Assembly (NCBI GenBank): GCA_002344895.1
Contig: DDUR01000034.1
Span: 95,935-159,934, forward strand
Length of the DNA stretch: 64,000 nucleotides
From: Ignavibacteria bacterium UBA2333
GTDB lineage: Bacteria; Bacteroidota; Ignavibacteria; Kapaibacteriales; Kapaibacteriaceae
Direction of reading: 5' to 3'
The notes beneath the pieces were generated by a model. It saw only the letters and a list, made by a program, of their open reading frames with translations, was not told where the DNA came from and did not search any database. The position numbers and the translations under genes are program-made. Shown piece after piece: positions 1 through 9,732 of the stretch; position 1 is the first letter of the stretch, and each line of letters starts with the position of its first letter.

Positions 1-328
1 GAATCTTCGACTGATTGAACCAGTAGGTTACGTGGACTTTCTTGCCTTGATGAACAACGCACAACTCGTTCTGACGGACAGTGGTGGAATTCAAGAAGAG
101 ACTACGGCTCTCGGAATACCGTGTGTAACCGCTCGAACAACAACTGAGCGTCCGGTTACTGTTGAACAAGGTACAAACGTACTCGTACAGCCAACGGCGG
201 CAGAGATCCGATCTGCTGTTCAACAGATACTCGATGGAAGCGGAAAACATGGTAACCGACCCGATTTATGGGATGGTCGAGCATCAGATCGAATTGCAGC
301 CATTATTGCAGACAAACTCACCGAGTGA
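1..328 (+). CDS. wecB: UDP-N-acetylglucosamine 2-epimerase, C-terminal part (5' end lies upstream of the window)
   Basis: The frame is open from the window edge. The translation (...LRLIEPVGYVDFLALMNNAQLVLTDSGGIQEETTALGIPCVTARTTTERPV...) matches the conserved C-terminus of non-hydrolysing WecB/MnaA epimerases. Confidence 0.85.
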   Translation, partial: NLRLIEPVGYVDFLALMNNAQLVLTDSGGIQEETTALGIPCVTARTTTERPVTVEQGTNVLVQPTAAEIRSAVQQILDGSGKHGNRPDLWDGRASDRIAAIIADKLTE

Positions 329-330
329 AC

Positions 331-2049
331 ATGAAGCGATCGATAACAAACAACCGCCTTCTGTGGGCTCTCGTGACATTCACTATCATGGTGACTGGTG
401 CTCTCGCACAGTCAGGCTCCTCCATTGATATTGAGAAGATCTCATCGGCAAAGAACGTTCCGAACCTATCAGCGCTCTTAACGGCGGAACAATTGCCAAC
501 TGATGATGTTGTCGATCCAGCGATCTATCGATTAGGACCTGGCGACGTCATTGCCTACCAGCTAACAGGTCCGGATTTGACGGAAAAGTTCACATCCATT
601 ACGCCTGAAAACACGATTCTGCTCGAACGTGTTGGACTTATCGATTGTAAAGGTCTCACAATGGCATCGTTGCGAGATACCGTGATGGGACGAATATCAA
701 AGCGTGGTACAGGGCTCGAGATATTCATCACACTTCGGAGAGCTCGCCTTGTCTACGTTTCAGTGCGCGGCGACGTGCCATATCCAGGTACGTATGCCGT
801 GCCTGCAAGTATGCGTATCGGGACGCTTCTCGCTGTAACGCGAGAACCCTGGCTACTTCAGAAAACGGTTGATCCACAAGGTGGTCCATTGTCAGGTAGA
901 CGTCCAGCTTTTACGACGCAGGAAACGCGGACAACAGGGCGTGAGCTCTCGGCATTTGCAAAGCGTAACATTGTTGTACGTCACCGCAGCGGGTCTTCAC
1001 TCGTCGACCTTGTTCGTGCAAGTTTACCTGACGGATCGAAGTGGAATCCACACGTTACCGAAGGCGATGAAGTATACGTGCCATTCGGAGAGGGTACCGG
1101 ACCAACATGTGCAATTGTTGGTGCTGTGATTGAACCGACAACAATTTCCCTCCGAGACGGTGATCGAGTGTCAACGGCACTCGCTGCCTGTGGAGGATTT
1201 ACATCGGACGCTGATCTCTCGAACGTCTACATACTCTCTGGATCAACTAAGACGCCAGTGAGTGTTGACGAATCCATGCGAGTTCAAGGAGATGACCCGC
1301 TGCTCGTTGCGGGCTCGTCAATTGTGGTTGAACGAAAGATCGTAGCTGGAGCTGCATCTCCGCTCGGAGTTGTCGAGGTAACCGGAGAGGTGCGAAGTCC
1401 TGGTGCGATTTCGATTGAAAAGAATTCCACGCGTCTCACGGACGTTATTGCGAAGGCTGGCGGTATTACCGAAGATGCTAGTCTCGCATTAGCGTACATC
1501 ATTCGCAAAGAGAATCTACCTGTGAACAATCGTGATGTGCGTGACGAAGCTATGCGTCGGTTCCTCTATAGCGATCTCACCATAGATGACACTTTGAGAT
1601 TCCAACTGGATCAACAATATCGAATTCCGTACGTGTCCAGTGATTTCCGGAAAGCATTTGCAAATCCGTCGTCATACGACAACGTAGTTCTTCAACCGGG
1701 AGACCTCGTGATCGTTCCTCGTCGACCAGATAGAGTAATGGTCTATGGTCAGGTAGAACAGCCAGGATATGTAGCCTACGAGCCAGGAAAAACACTTGAA
1801 TGGTATCTCGAACGCGCAGGTGGTCCAGCGAAAGGGGCAAAAACGGGGCGTGCTCGAATTATCAAAGGAAAAAATCGTGTCTGGGTTGATGATGATGAGC
1901 ATATCGTTGAAGCAGGCGATGAGGTATACATTCCTCGCTCTCCAGATGTTTCTGCTGGTACGGAGATACAGAACTATGCCGTGATTGCCGGTATCGTTTC
2001 ATCAGTGACTGCACTGATTGGATTGTTCTACACAATCCTTCGTCAGTGA
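331..2049 (+). CDS. polysaccharide export outer-membrane protein (Wza/KpsD family; Poly_export + SLBB domains)
   Basis: The start was trimmed to the ATG at 331, which gives the signal peptide MKRSITNNRLLWALVTFTIMVTGALAQ. The segment YRLGPGDVIAYQLTGPDL is Poly_export-like and is followed by repeated SLBB-like segments and a C-terminal hydrophobic helix. The gene starts 3 nt after the wecB stop. Confidence 0.8.
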   Translation: MKRSITNNRLLWALVTFTIMVTGALAQSGSSIDIEKISSAKNVPNLSALLTAEQLPTDDVVDPAIYRLGPGDVIAYQLTGPDLTEKFTSITPENTILLERVGLIDCKGLTMASLRDTVMGRISKRGTGLEIFITLRRARLVYVSVRGDVPYPGTYAVPASMRIGTLLAVTREPWLLQKTVDPQGGPLSGRRPAFTTQETRTTGRELSAFAKRNIVVRHRSGSSLVDLVRASLPDGSKWNPHVTEGDEVYVPFGEGTGPTCAIVGAVIEPTTISLRDGDRVSTALAACGGFTSDADLSNVYILSGSTKTPVSVDESMRVQGDDPLLVAGSSIVVERKIVAGAASPLGVVEVTGEVRSPGAISIEKNSTRLTDVIAKAGGITEDASLALAYIIRKENLPVNNRDVRDEAMRRFLYSDLTIDDTLRFQLDQQYRIPYVSSDFRKAFANPSSYDNVVLQPGDLVIVPRRPDRVMVYGQVEQPGYVAYEPGKTLEWYLERAGGPAKGAKTGRARIIKGKNRVWVDDDEHIVEAGDEVYIPRSPDVSAGTEIQNYAVIAGIVSSVTALIGLFYTILRQ

Positions 2050-2056
2050 TCCTTCG

Positions 2057-3229
2057 ATGATAGACACAACCGTAGCATTGATTGTCGTAATCGCTTGTTG
2101 CGTATGTGTTGTCTATCCTCACATCCTGTATCCGCTGTTCCTCACGGTGCTTCGGAAGCTCCTGCCACGGCCACAATCCTCACCAGGTAGCAACGTAGTC
2201 AACGTTGATCTATGTATTGCTGCACACAACGAAGAGGCACTGCTTCCGTACGTTCTAGCATCAGTCGATGCTGCAGTGCCGTCTGGAGTTCAGCTTCGAA
2301 TTCTTCTTGGCAGTGATGGAAGTACTGATTCTACGGTAAAGATTGCACGCGAGTTTCCTGTGCGTAACTGTGCAATTGAGGTTCATGACTATTCTCGGCG
2401 AGGTAAAAATGCTGTCATTAACGGACTGATTACACAGTCGACGGCTGAGGTCGTCGTGTTTACCGACGCCGACTGTCGACTTGAACCTGATGCCTTACAG
2501 TATCTCTTGCGCCATTTTTCAGATAATAACATCGGTGCAGTTCTTGGTTGTAATGACCGACGGCTTGTCTCATCGGATGACAATGCCGCAACGTCTGGAG
2601 AGGCGATTTATCGGTCATTAGAAGATGTTGTAAACGAGCATGAGTCTTCGTTGGCGAGCTGTGTTGCTTCAAATGGCGCTCTCTATGCCGTACGACGCAG
2701 CGCACTGAACCTGATTCCTAATGACCGAGCCGCGGATGACTTTTGTAATGTTTTGTCGGCGATATCTACACGGAAACGTGTTGTCTTTGAGCGACACGCA
2801 CGTGTTGCGGAGCACCGACCCACGGAAATGTCGGGAGAGTTTCGCAGAACGATCAGAACAGTGGCAAGTGGATTGTCGGCAGTTGCAGCTTACAAACAAC
2901 TGTTAGGACCACATTTCGGGTTAACGGCATTGTTCCTTTGGTCACACAGAATATTGCGATGGATGAGTCCAGTTTTTCTGCTGATTGCCGCCGTTATTCC
3001 TTGGTTCGTTCTCCATGACGTGACCCTGTTTGTTGTACTGTTCTATAGTCAGTTTTTATTTTACTCCCTGGCCTTTCTTGGTTATGCCCTTGAGAGGTAT
3101 GGTAGTCAACTACCCGTTGTCTCAACCATTCACTTCTTTGTGGCAATGAATATTGCCATGTTCATGGCTTGGATACGTTTCCTGTCCAAGGCACGTGCTG
3201 ATGTCTGGCAACCTGGTGAATCAGCATGA
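2057..3229 (+). CDS. membrane-anchored family 2 glycosyltransferase
   Basis: There is an N-terminal TM helix and a GT-A fold carrying FTDADCRLEPDAL (DxD) and GSDGSTDST motifs, followed by 4-5 C-terminal TM helices. The stop overlaps the next start (ATGA at 3226-3229). Confidence 0.75.
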   Translation: MIDTTVALIVVIACCVCVVYPHILYPLFLTVLRKLLPRPQSSPGSNVVNVDLCIAAHNEEALLPYVLASVDAAVPSGVQLRILLGSDGSTDSTVKIAREFPVRNCAIEVHDYSRRGKNAVINGLITQSTAEVVVFTDADCRLEPDALQYLLRHFSDNNIGAVLGCNDRRLVSSDDNAATSGEAIYRSLEDVVNEHESSLASCVASNGALYAVRRSALNLIPNDRAADDFCNVLSAISTRKRVVFERHARVAEHRPTEMSGEFRRTIRTVASGLSAVAAYKQLLGPHFGLTALFLWSHRILRWMSPVFLLIAAVIPWFVLHDVTLFVVLFYSQFLFYSLAFLGYALERYGSQLPVVSTIHFFVAMNIAMFMAWIRFLSKARADVWQPGESA

Positions 3230-4674
3230 CACAAACCAAGATTCATAACAGGACCATGATCTCCGGGGGAGTGCTCATGTTCTTGGTCAGTATTGGTTCT
3301 TCGCTTCTTGCCTTCCTTAGTCAGCGGATAATCCTTAGTACGCTCACAAAGGAGGAAAACGGAAGCCTTTTTGTTGAACGTCGTCTTGGAGAGCTTGTAC
3401 TCATCATCCTCGTTGATTTCGGTATGAATGCCGTAGCCATGCGCAGGATTAATGTAGAGCCTCATCGACAGAAGGAGATTGTGTCGTCGTTGTTGGCGTA
3501 TCGATTTCTCTTGTTCGTCCCGTCGGCTCTCTTGGCAGCCGGTATAGGGTGGACTATTGGCTACGAAGTGCACAATGTTGTTTTCTGGTGCATTGCAATG
3601 TTTCTGATGTCGCGCTCTGGACTCATTCGGTATGCAATGGAACTTCCGGATCGTGCTCAGCATCGATTTGTTGTACCTAGTCTTGTAACGCTGCTGGATG
3701 GAACTCTGTATGCAGCACTGGTCTATAGTTATCGACACGAGCTAACGGTCTCAACAGCTATTGTACTGATGATTTTTGCAGCAATACCGGGTTTTGTTAT
3801 TTCGACGATAACAGGTGGTAGACGCTCCTTCTTTATGAAGTATGTGACATGGTCAGAAATTCAGGCCCTCGTCAAAGCGTCATTGCCAGTTGTAGCGTCG
3901 GTAATACTTCTAAGCATTCATGATAAAATTGACGCGTTTTTTGTTGAGGGACTTGCTGGAAAACTTCAGGCAGGTGTCTTTGGTGCTGCGTATGGCACGT
4001 TAGCTCCTTTGACACAATCAATTCCACTTACGATGGCGCTTACGCTTGCTCCGGCCATCGCTCGGGCATCTGTTGAGAACATCGCGAACTGTCGGCAATT
4101 GGCGATCGATGGTTTGCGGTTTACGTTCTCACTGTCAATCGTGATATCGTCATCATTGGCAATTGTTTCGGGAGTGATAATTGACGTCATTTCTGGGGGC
4201 GTGTACCGTGGCCATGAGCTTGAGTTCGCATCCATGATGTGGGTTTGTGTTCCGGTCTTTATACAAGTCTACCTGTATGAAGTGCAGATTGCACTTGGTG
4301 CACAACGGTCAATCGTACGCTCTAATCTCGTCCTACTGGCCGTAACCATCGTTGGGTGTGTTACACTGATACCAACATTTGGTGCTCAGGGGGCAATTGT
4401 ATCGAAAATCCTGAGTGTGGCATCTGCTTCGGTTGTCATTCTCAGGGCATTTCATTTGACAGTGGGGCAAGCCGTAAGTTTGAAGCTTGCCGTAAATGCC
4501 GTATTTGTTCTCGCAGCCACTTTAGGCATGTCATTTGTTCTACCATACTTTGTCAGCCCAGTGGTTGCCGCACCAATTGCCGTTGTTGGGTCCATCACTC
4601 TGTTGATGCTGACTCGCTTTGTCACCATGGCCGACATTGCTAGTATCGTTTCACTACTGCGGAATCGAGCATAA
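3226..4674 (+). CDS. polysaccharide biosynthesis protein / oligosaccharide flippase (Wzx-like, MOP superfamily)
   Basis: The protein is about 480 aa with at least 12 predicted TM helices and is typical of Wzx/PST-family flippases. It lies inside the exopolysaccharide (EPS) operon, and its stop overlaps the next start (TAATG). Confidence 0.7.
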   Translation: MTQTKIHNRTMISGGVLMFLVSIGSSLLAFLSQRIILSTLTKEENGSLFVERRLGELVLIILVDFGMNAVAMRRINVEPHRQKEIVSSLLAYRFLLFVPSALLAAGIGWTIGYEVHNVVFWCIAMFLMSRSGLIRYAMELPDRAQHRFVVPSLVTLLDGTLYAALVYSYRHELTVSTAIVLMIFAAIPGFVISTITGGRRSFFMKYVTWSEIQALVKASLPVVASVILLSIHDKIDAFFVEGLAGKLQAGVFGAAYGTLAPLTQSIPLTMALTLAPAIARASVENIANCRQLAIDGLRFTFSLSIVISSSLAIVSGVIIDVISGGVYRGHELEFASMMWVCVPVFIQVYLYEVQIALGAQRSIVRSNLVLLAVTIVGCVTLIPTFGAQGAIVSKILSVASASVVILRAFHLTVGQAVSLKLAVNAVFVLAATLGMSFVLPYFVSPVVAAPIAVVGSITLLMLTRFVTMADIASIVSLLRNRA

Positions 4675-6080
4675 TGTCAGCACGTCCTGGCATATTTCGT
4701 CCCAAGGTACTTCAAACGGCAAGTGACATTGTTGCTGTCATGTTGTCATTCTTTGCCTATCAGGCAATGAGGCCACTTCTTTTAGACAACCCGACAGACT
4801 TTGGAATTGAAGAGCAGCTCTTCGTTGCGTCGATCTTTACAATGATCTGGTTGGTGATATTCTGGCTCGGCGGTTTGTATCGTGACTTCTATGTGCGGTC
4901 TCCGTTTGACGAATACTTCACTGTGTTAAAACAATCCTTCTTTGGGTCAGTAGCGTTATACCTGCTCATCTACATTGATAGTAATCACGCATATCGTCAG
5001 AATCCGCGGTTTGTATTTCTTCTGTACTGGCTCGTCTTATTTCTCTTCGTCTGTGTCGGACGCGTTATTGCACGCAAGCTGCAACGGACACTGCGAGAAA
5101 AGGGGGCAATACGAATTCCGACCATCATACTCGGAACGCTAGATCGTAGTGCAAACTTGTTACATGAGTTGCAGGGTGAGCCTGCTTGGGGTTACGATGT
5201 ACTGGGTGCAATCCTTGTTGGCCCCCTTAGCCCCTTACCGACACACAACCTCAAGGTTCTTGGGGGTGTTGATGAAATGTCAGACATTCTGGAGCGACAC
5301 AAGCCCAAGGAACTGCTCGTGACCGTTGATCACAGTGATCATGAAGCGTTGTTGCGATGGACGTCGATTGCAGCAGATGCCGACGTACATGTGAAAATTG
5401 TCCCGGATCTGTATGAGATCTTCTCGGGTCAAGCTCGAACACAACAAATTTATGGTGCGCCGTTGATCGAGGTGAGTCCACAGCTCATGCAGCCGTGGGA
5501 GGAGTTCGCCAAACGAGCACTCGATATTGTTGTGAGCCTCGTTGTTCTTGTAGTTGGATTGCCAGTGTGGTTAATCATTGGCCTGGCTGTGAAGCTCACC
5601 TCACGTGGTCCAATGTTGTATATGCAAGATCGTGTCGGAAGAAATGGCCACGTCTTTAAAATCTACAAGTTTCGGTCGATGTACATCGACGATAAACGAC
5701 AGCCATCTTGGACTGACAAGAATGATCCACGAGTAACAACAGTCGGCAAGTTCATTCGCAAGACACATTTGGATGAGATCCCACAGCTATGGAACGTGCT
5801 CATGGGTGAAATGAGTCTTGTTGGTCCGCGTCCGGAGCAGCCGTTTTTTGTCGATAAATTTACTGCCATGGTTCCATACTACCGGCGCAGACACAAGGTG
5901 CGGCCGGGCGTTACTGGCTGGTGGCAGGTGAAAGCAAAGTCCAATCCAGAGTCGCTCGAGGAAATTGAGAAGCGCATTCGTTACGACTTTTTCTACATCG
6001 AGAACATGTCGTTTAAGTTAGACATGGAGATTCTCGTTCGAACCGTTTTTGTCATGCTTCGAGGACACGGACGCGCATGA
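4674..6080 (+). CDS. polyprenyl glycosylphosphotransferase (WbaP-like initiating sugar-phosphate transferase)
   Basis: It has N-terminal TM helices plus a CoA_binding_3-like domain, and the C-terminal Bac_transf catalytic domain is intact (KRALDIVVSLVVLVV..., SRGPMLYMQDRVGRNGHVFKIYKFRSM, PRVTTVGKFIRKTHLDEIPQLWNVLMGEMSLVGPRPE). Confidence 0.85.
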   Translation: MSARPGIFRPKVLQTASDIVAVMLSFFAYQAMRPLLLDNPTDFGIEEQLFVASIFTMIWLVIFWLGGLYRDFYVRSPFDEYFTVLKQSFFGSVALYLLIYIDSNHAYRQNPRFVFLLYWLVLFLFVCVGRVIARKLQRTLREKGAIRIPTIILGTLDRSANLLHELQGEPAWGYDVLGAILVGPLSPLPTHNLKVLGGVDEMSDILERHKPKELLVTVDHSDHEALLRWTSIAADADVHVKIVPDLYEIFSGQARTQQIYGAPLIEVSPQLMQPWEEFAKRALDIVVSLVVLVVGLPVWLIIGLAVKLTSRGPMLYMQDRVGRNGHVFKIYKFRSMYIDDKRQPSWTDKNDPRVTTVGKFIRKTHLDEIPQLWNVLMGEMSLVGPRPEQPFFVDKFTAMVPYYRRRHKVRPGVTGWWQVKAKSNPESLEEIEKRIRYDFFYIENMSFKLDMEILVRTVFVMLRGHGRA

Positions 6081-6796
6081 AGAGCATTGTCTGCATTCCA
6101 ACATATAATGAGAGTGATAACATTCTCAGAATCATCGACGCGATCCATGACGTCGTAGCAGATCTACACGTATTGGTCATCGATGATGGATCGCCCGATG
6201 GTACGGCGGATCTTGTACGCCGGCGCATGACAACGGACGAACGTATTTACCTTATCGAGAGATCAGGGAAGTTGGGCCTCGGTACGGCGTACTGTGCGGG
6301 ATTTGCCGAAGCATTAAAACTTGGATATGATCGAATACTTCAAATGGATGCGGATTTTTCCCATGATCCGAAGGAGTTGCCAAGATTTCTGGAAGCTGCA
6401 GAATCGTATGACCTCATCATTGGATCGAGGTATGTCTCTGGTGTGAATGTTATTAATTGGCCGATGAGTCGCTTGTTACTGAGCTGGTTTGCGAACCTTT
6501 ATACCCGCACAATTACACGAATGCCCATTGCCGATGCTACGGGTGGTTTTAAATGTTTTCGTTCAGACGTACTGTCGAAAATCGATCTGACTGCAATTCG
6601 CTCGAATGGTTATGCATTTCAGATAGAGATGAACTATCGAGCGTGGCGATTGGGGGCTCGCATAAAAGAGCTTCCGATCATCTTTGTTGATAGAGTGAGC
6701 GGGGAATCGAAGATGAGTAAAAACATTGTCTATGAAGCTGCCTGGCTTGTGTGGAAGATGAAGCTCATCACGATTATTACGTTCGGAAAACGATAA
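6077..6796 (+). CDS. GT2 glycosyltransferase, polyprenol-phosphate mannose/glucose synthase-like (DPM1 family)
   Basis: The motifs MKSIVCIPTYNESDNI...LVIDDGSPDGTADL...ILQMDADFSH are typical of Dpm1/GtrB-type GT2 enzymes. An ATGA overlap links it to the upstream gene. Confidence 0.8.
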   Translation: MKSIVCIPTYNESDNILRIIDAIHDVVADLHVLVIDDGSPDGTADLVRRRMTTDERIYLIERSGKLGLGTAYCAGFAEALKLGYDRILQMDADFSHDPKELPRFLEAAESYDLIIGSRYVSGVNVINWPMSRLLLSWFANLYTRTITRMPIADATGGFKCFRSDVLSKIDLTAIRSNGYAFQIEMNYRAWRLGARIKELPIIFVDRVSGESKMSKNIVYEAAWLVWKMKLITIITFGKR

Positions 6797-6799
6797 GGT

Positions 6800-8746
6800 A
6801 TGAAGATGCCTGACATTTCAGTCCTCATTGTGAACTACAATGTCAAGGACTATCTTCTCCAATGTTTACGATCGCTGTATCGGAGTGAAGGGGATGTCAG
6901 CATTGAGATTGTCGTCGTTGATAATGCATCAAGTGATAGATCGGTGGCAGACCTTCAACAGGTATTTCCAGATGTCATCTGGGTTGCCTTAGATGAGAAT
7001 GTTGGCTTTGGTCGTGGAAACAATGTCGGCCTGCAGTACTGTACAGGTCGATATGTACTCTTCTTAAATCCAGATACCATTGTCTCACCTGACACTGCTT
7101 TCACGATGGTCAGGTATATGGACCAACATCCTGATGTTGGTATTGCGGGATGTAAGGTGCTAAATCCAGATGGGACGTTTCAGTTAGCATGTCGTCGCGG
7201 TCTCCCAACTCCGTGGGCTTCGTTTTGTAAACTGTTCGGACTACAAGCACTCTTTCCGAAGATCAAGCTGTTCTCGGGATACAATCTGACATATCGCAGC
7301 GTTGATGAAATGTATCCGGTTGATGCATTGATAGGCGCATTTATGATAGCTCCGACGTCGATGGTTCGAGAGATCGGCGGATTTGATCCCGCGTTCTTTA
7401 TGTATGGTGAGGATGTTGATCTATGTTATCGAATTCAGAAGACTGGAAAAACAGTAATGTATGTTCCAACGACAACCATTGTTCACTTTAAGGGAGAAAG
7501 TACTCGGCGGAGTTCAATGGATGACGTCAAGGTGTTCTATGATGCCATGGAGATATTTGCGCGTAAACACTTTGGGAAGAACGCAATCTGGCTTGTCTTT
7601 CTTCGCCTCGGAATTCGCATTCGATGGTTCATCGCACTTCTCCTACGCTATCGTTTACCAATCGCGATTGCTATCGTTGATGCAGTATGTGTTGTAACTG
7701 CCTTACTCTTGGCAACAACAATTCGATTTGAGTCACCATTCGGCTTTGTTGATTATGCATATCCCACGGTGCTTATCGTCGTTCCGCTCGTAGTCTTGTT
7801 GTCGCTAATTGGTGTTGGTGAATATGTGGAGCATAAGCCGACGGTTCGACGTTCAGCCGTTGGAATGCTTGTTGCTTTCTTCATACTCTCAGCGCTTACG
7901 TACTTCTTTAAGGAGTATGCCTTTTCGAGAGGTGTGGTGCTAATGACGATTGGTCTGTCGACAGCACTGATGTCTGTTGTAAGGATTGTATCACGCGCTC
8001 TTGAACGTCGTTCATCAGGTCGCCGCCGCCGTAGTGTTGTCGTAGGAGCACCGGAAGAGATTGAGGTTCTGTTACGAGAATTGTCCGAACATGAGCCAAC
8101 TACAAACATCATTGGTCTCGTGAGTCCTGGACGAATTGATGGAGCGGACGCCGGCGGAATTCGCTACATCGGCACATTAGATTATCTCCACAAGATTGTG
8201 CGGGAGAATGATATTGATGAAGTCATTTGTGCGACGAATGGGCTGACGGATGAAGAAATAAGCTCATTACACCGCTCTGTCACGTTAAATGACGCCAGTT
8301 TTCACCTTGCGCATGAATATGCAGCACTTCTTGCGGCGCGCGTTATACATGACGTTTCAGGAATCGAACCAACAATACGAACCTCACCGCTCCTGATGTT
8401 CCGTAATCGAACAGTAAAACGACTGATGGACATTCTTGTCTCCGTTCTCGTTTTGTTATGGTATGCGCCAGGGCTAATTTTGGGCGTTCGGCGGATTCGT
8501 TCGTCGGCTGCGTCGTGGTTCGCCGTGTTACGAGGCCACAAAAGTTGTGTTGGTCTTGTTCCAGACGGAAAACGACGCCAAGCTGGTAAAGAGGGGATAA
8601 TCGGGCTCGCACACTTCGGCATCACCACGAACGTGTCTGAGGGGACAATTGAAAACCTCAATGATTACTACGTCGAACACTTCACCCTCGCGCTAGACGT
8701 CGAGATTCTTTTGAAACACCTATTTCGGCGCTCACGTGGCAAGTAA
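6800..8746 (+). CDS. fusion protein: GT2 glycosyltransferase + WbaP-like membrane/CoA_binding_3 scaffold with a truncated, probably inactive, sugar-transferase domain
   Basis: The N-terminal ~260 aa form a GT2 domain ([13 protein letters not shown]...VVVDNASSD...[12 protein letters not shown]). TM helices follow, then a CoA_binding_3-like segment ([16 protein letters not shown]...IGLVSPGR...IRYIGTLD). The C-terminus retains the first and last blocks of Bac_transf ([14 protein letters not shown] ... [24 protein letters not shown]) but lacks the ~100-aa catalytic core. Confidence 0.7.
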   Translation: MKMPDISVLIVNYNVKDYLLQCLRSLYRSEGDVSIEIVVVDNASSDRSVADLQQVFPDVIWVALDENVGFGRGNNVGLQYCTGRYVLFLNPDTIVSPDTAFTMVRYMDQHPDVGIAGCKVLNPDGTFQLACRRGLPTPWASFCKLFGLQALFPKIKLFSGYNLTYRSVDEMYPVDALIGAFMIAPTSMVREIGGFDPAFFMYGEDVDLCYRIQKTGKTVMYVPTTTIVHFKGESTRRSSMDDVKVFYDAMEIFARKHFGKNAIWLVFLRLGIRIRWFIALLLRYRLPIAIAIVDAVCVVTALLLATTIRFESPFGFVDYAYPTVLIVVPLVVLLSLIGVGEYVEHKPTVRRSAVGMLVAFFILSALTYFFKEYAFSRGVVLMTIGLSTALMSVVRIVSRALERRSSGRRRRSVVVGAPEEIEVLLRELSEHEPTTNIIGLVSPGRIDGADAGGIRYIGTLDYLHKIVRENDIDEVICATNGLTDEEISSLHRSVTLNDASFHLAHEYAALLAARVIHDVSGIEPTIRTSPLLMFRNRTVKRLMDILVSVLVLLWYAPGLILGVRRIRSSAASWFAVLRGHKSCVGLVPDGKRRQAGKEGIIGLAHFGITTNVSEGTIENLNDYYVEHFTLALDVEILLKHLFRRSRGK

Positions 8747-9689
8747 CTCCACACTTGATTTCGAAAAACCGATCGTCGAGTTGGAAAAGAAGATTGCTGA
8801 AATGCGATCTCTGGCTGACACGCTCGATATTCAACCTCAGATTGAGGAGTTAGAGCAGCAAGTAGAACGGCTACGCTCCGAGATTTACCGTAACCTAACG
8901 CGCTGGCAGCGTGTTCAGATTGCACGTCATCCGGATCGACCGTATACACTTGACTACATTACACATTGTCTGACGGACTTCGTTGAGTTGCATGGTGATC
9001 GCAACTTCCGTGACGATCCAGCAATTGTGGGAGGTCTCGCCAGTATTGGTGATACTCGGGTTGTTGTTGTAGGCCATCAGAAGGGAAGGGATACAAAATC
9101 CAATTTGTACCGCAACTTCGGTATGCCCAATCCAGAAGGGTATCGTAAGGCTCATCGATTGTTTTCGTTAGCTGAGCGATTTTCACTTCCCGTCATCTGT
9201 TTTCTTGACACACCCGGTGCGTATCCAGGCCTGGAGGCCGAAGAACGTGGACAGGCGGAGGCCATCGCCCGAAACCTGTTTCAGATGGCGGCACTCAAGG
9301 TGCCGATCATCATTGTTATCATCGGAGAAGGAGCCAGCGGGGGAGCCCTTGGAATCGGTGTTGGCGACAGAATTCTTATGCTTGAGAACGCCTGGTACTC
9401 CGTTATTGCTCCTGAGTCTTGTTCGTCGATTCTCTGGCGTAGTTGGGAGTATAAGGAGCAAGCGGCAGAAGCATTGAAACTTACAGCGCCGGATTTAGTT
9501 GATGTAGGTATTGTGGATCGAATCATTCCAGAACCCGTCGGAGGTGCTCATCGGGATCCGGAAGCAATGTTCACCACGATGCAGTCGGTTCTTCGGGAGG
9601 AATTGTCTGTTCTAGGGTCAATTACCACCAGTGACCTTGTCACGAAACGTCGAAAGAAGTTCTACGCCATGGGCGTTTGGACAGAGTGA
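8736..9689 (+). CDS. accA: acetyl-CoA carboxylase carboxyltransferase subunit alpha
   Basis: It uses a GTG start. The N-terminus ([25 protein letters not shown]...) and the whole length align with AccA. It overlaps the upstream gene by 11 nt. Confidence 0.9.
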   Translation: MASNSTLDFEKPIVELEKKIAEMRSLADTLDIQPQIEELEQQVERLRSEIYRNLTRWQRVQIARHPDRPYTLDYITHCLTDFVELHGDRNFRDDPAIVGGLASIGDTRVVVVGHQKGRDTKSNLYRNFGMPNPEGYRKAHRLFSLAERFSLPVICFLDTPGAYPGLEAEERGQAEAIARNLFQMAALKVPIIIVIIGEGASGGALGIGVGDRILMLENAWYSVIAPESCSSILWRSWEYKEQAAEALKLTAPDLVDVGIVDRIIPEPVGGAHRDPEAMFTTMQSVLREELSVLGSITTSDLVTKRRKKFYAMGVWTE

Positions 9690-9732
9690 GATGCGGCCAT
9701 CACCACGGTCAGCTTGAACACAGAAAATCAAT

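Noticed and set aside
268-2049. ORF-track start at 268 for the Wza-like gene, and the 162-428 ORF overlapping the wecB end
   Set aside because: The upstream extension lacks a signal peptide and overlaps wecB. The ATG at 331 gives a canonical signal sequence immediately after the wecB stop. The 162-428 ORF is an alternative frame of the wecB 3' end.
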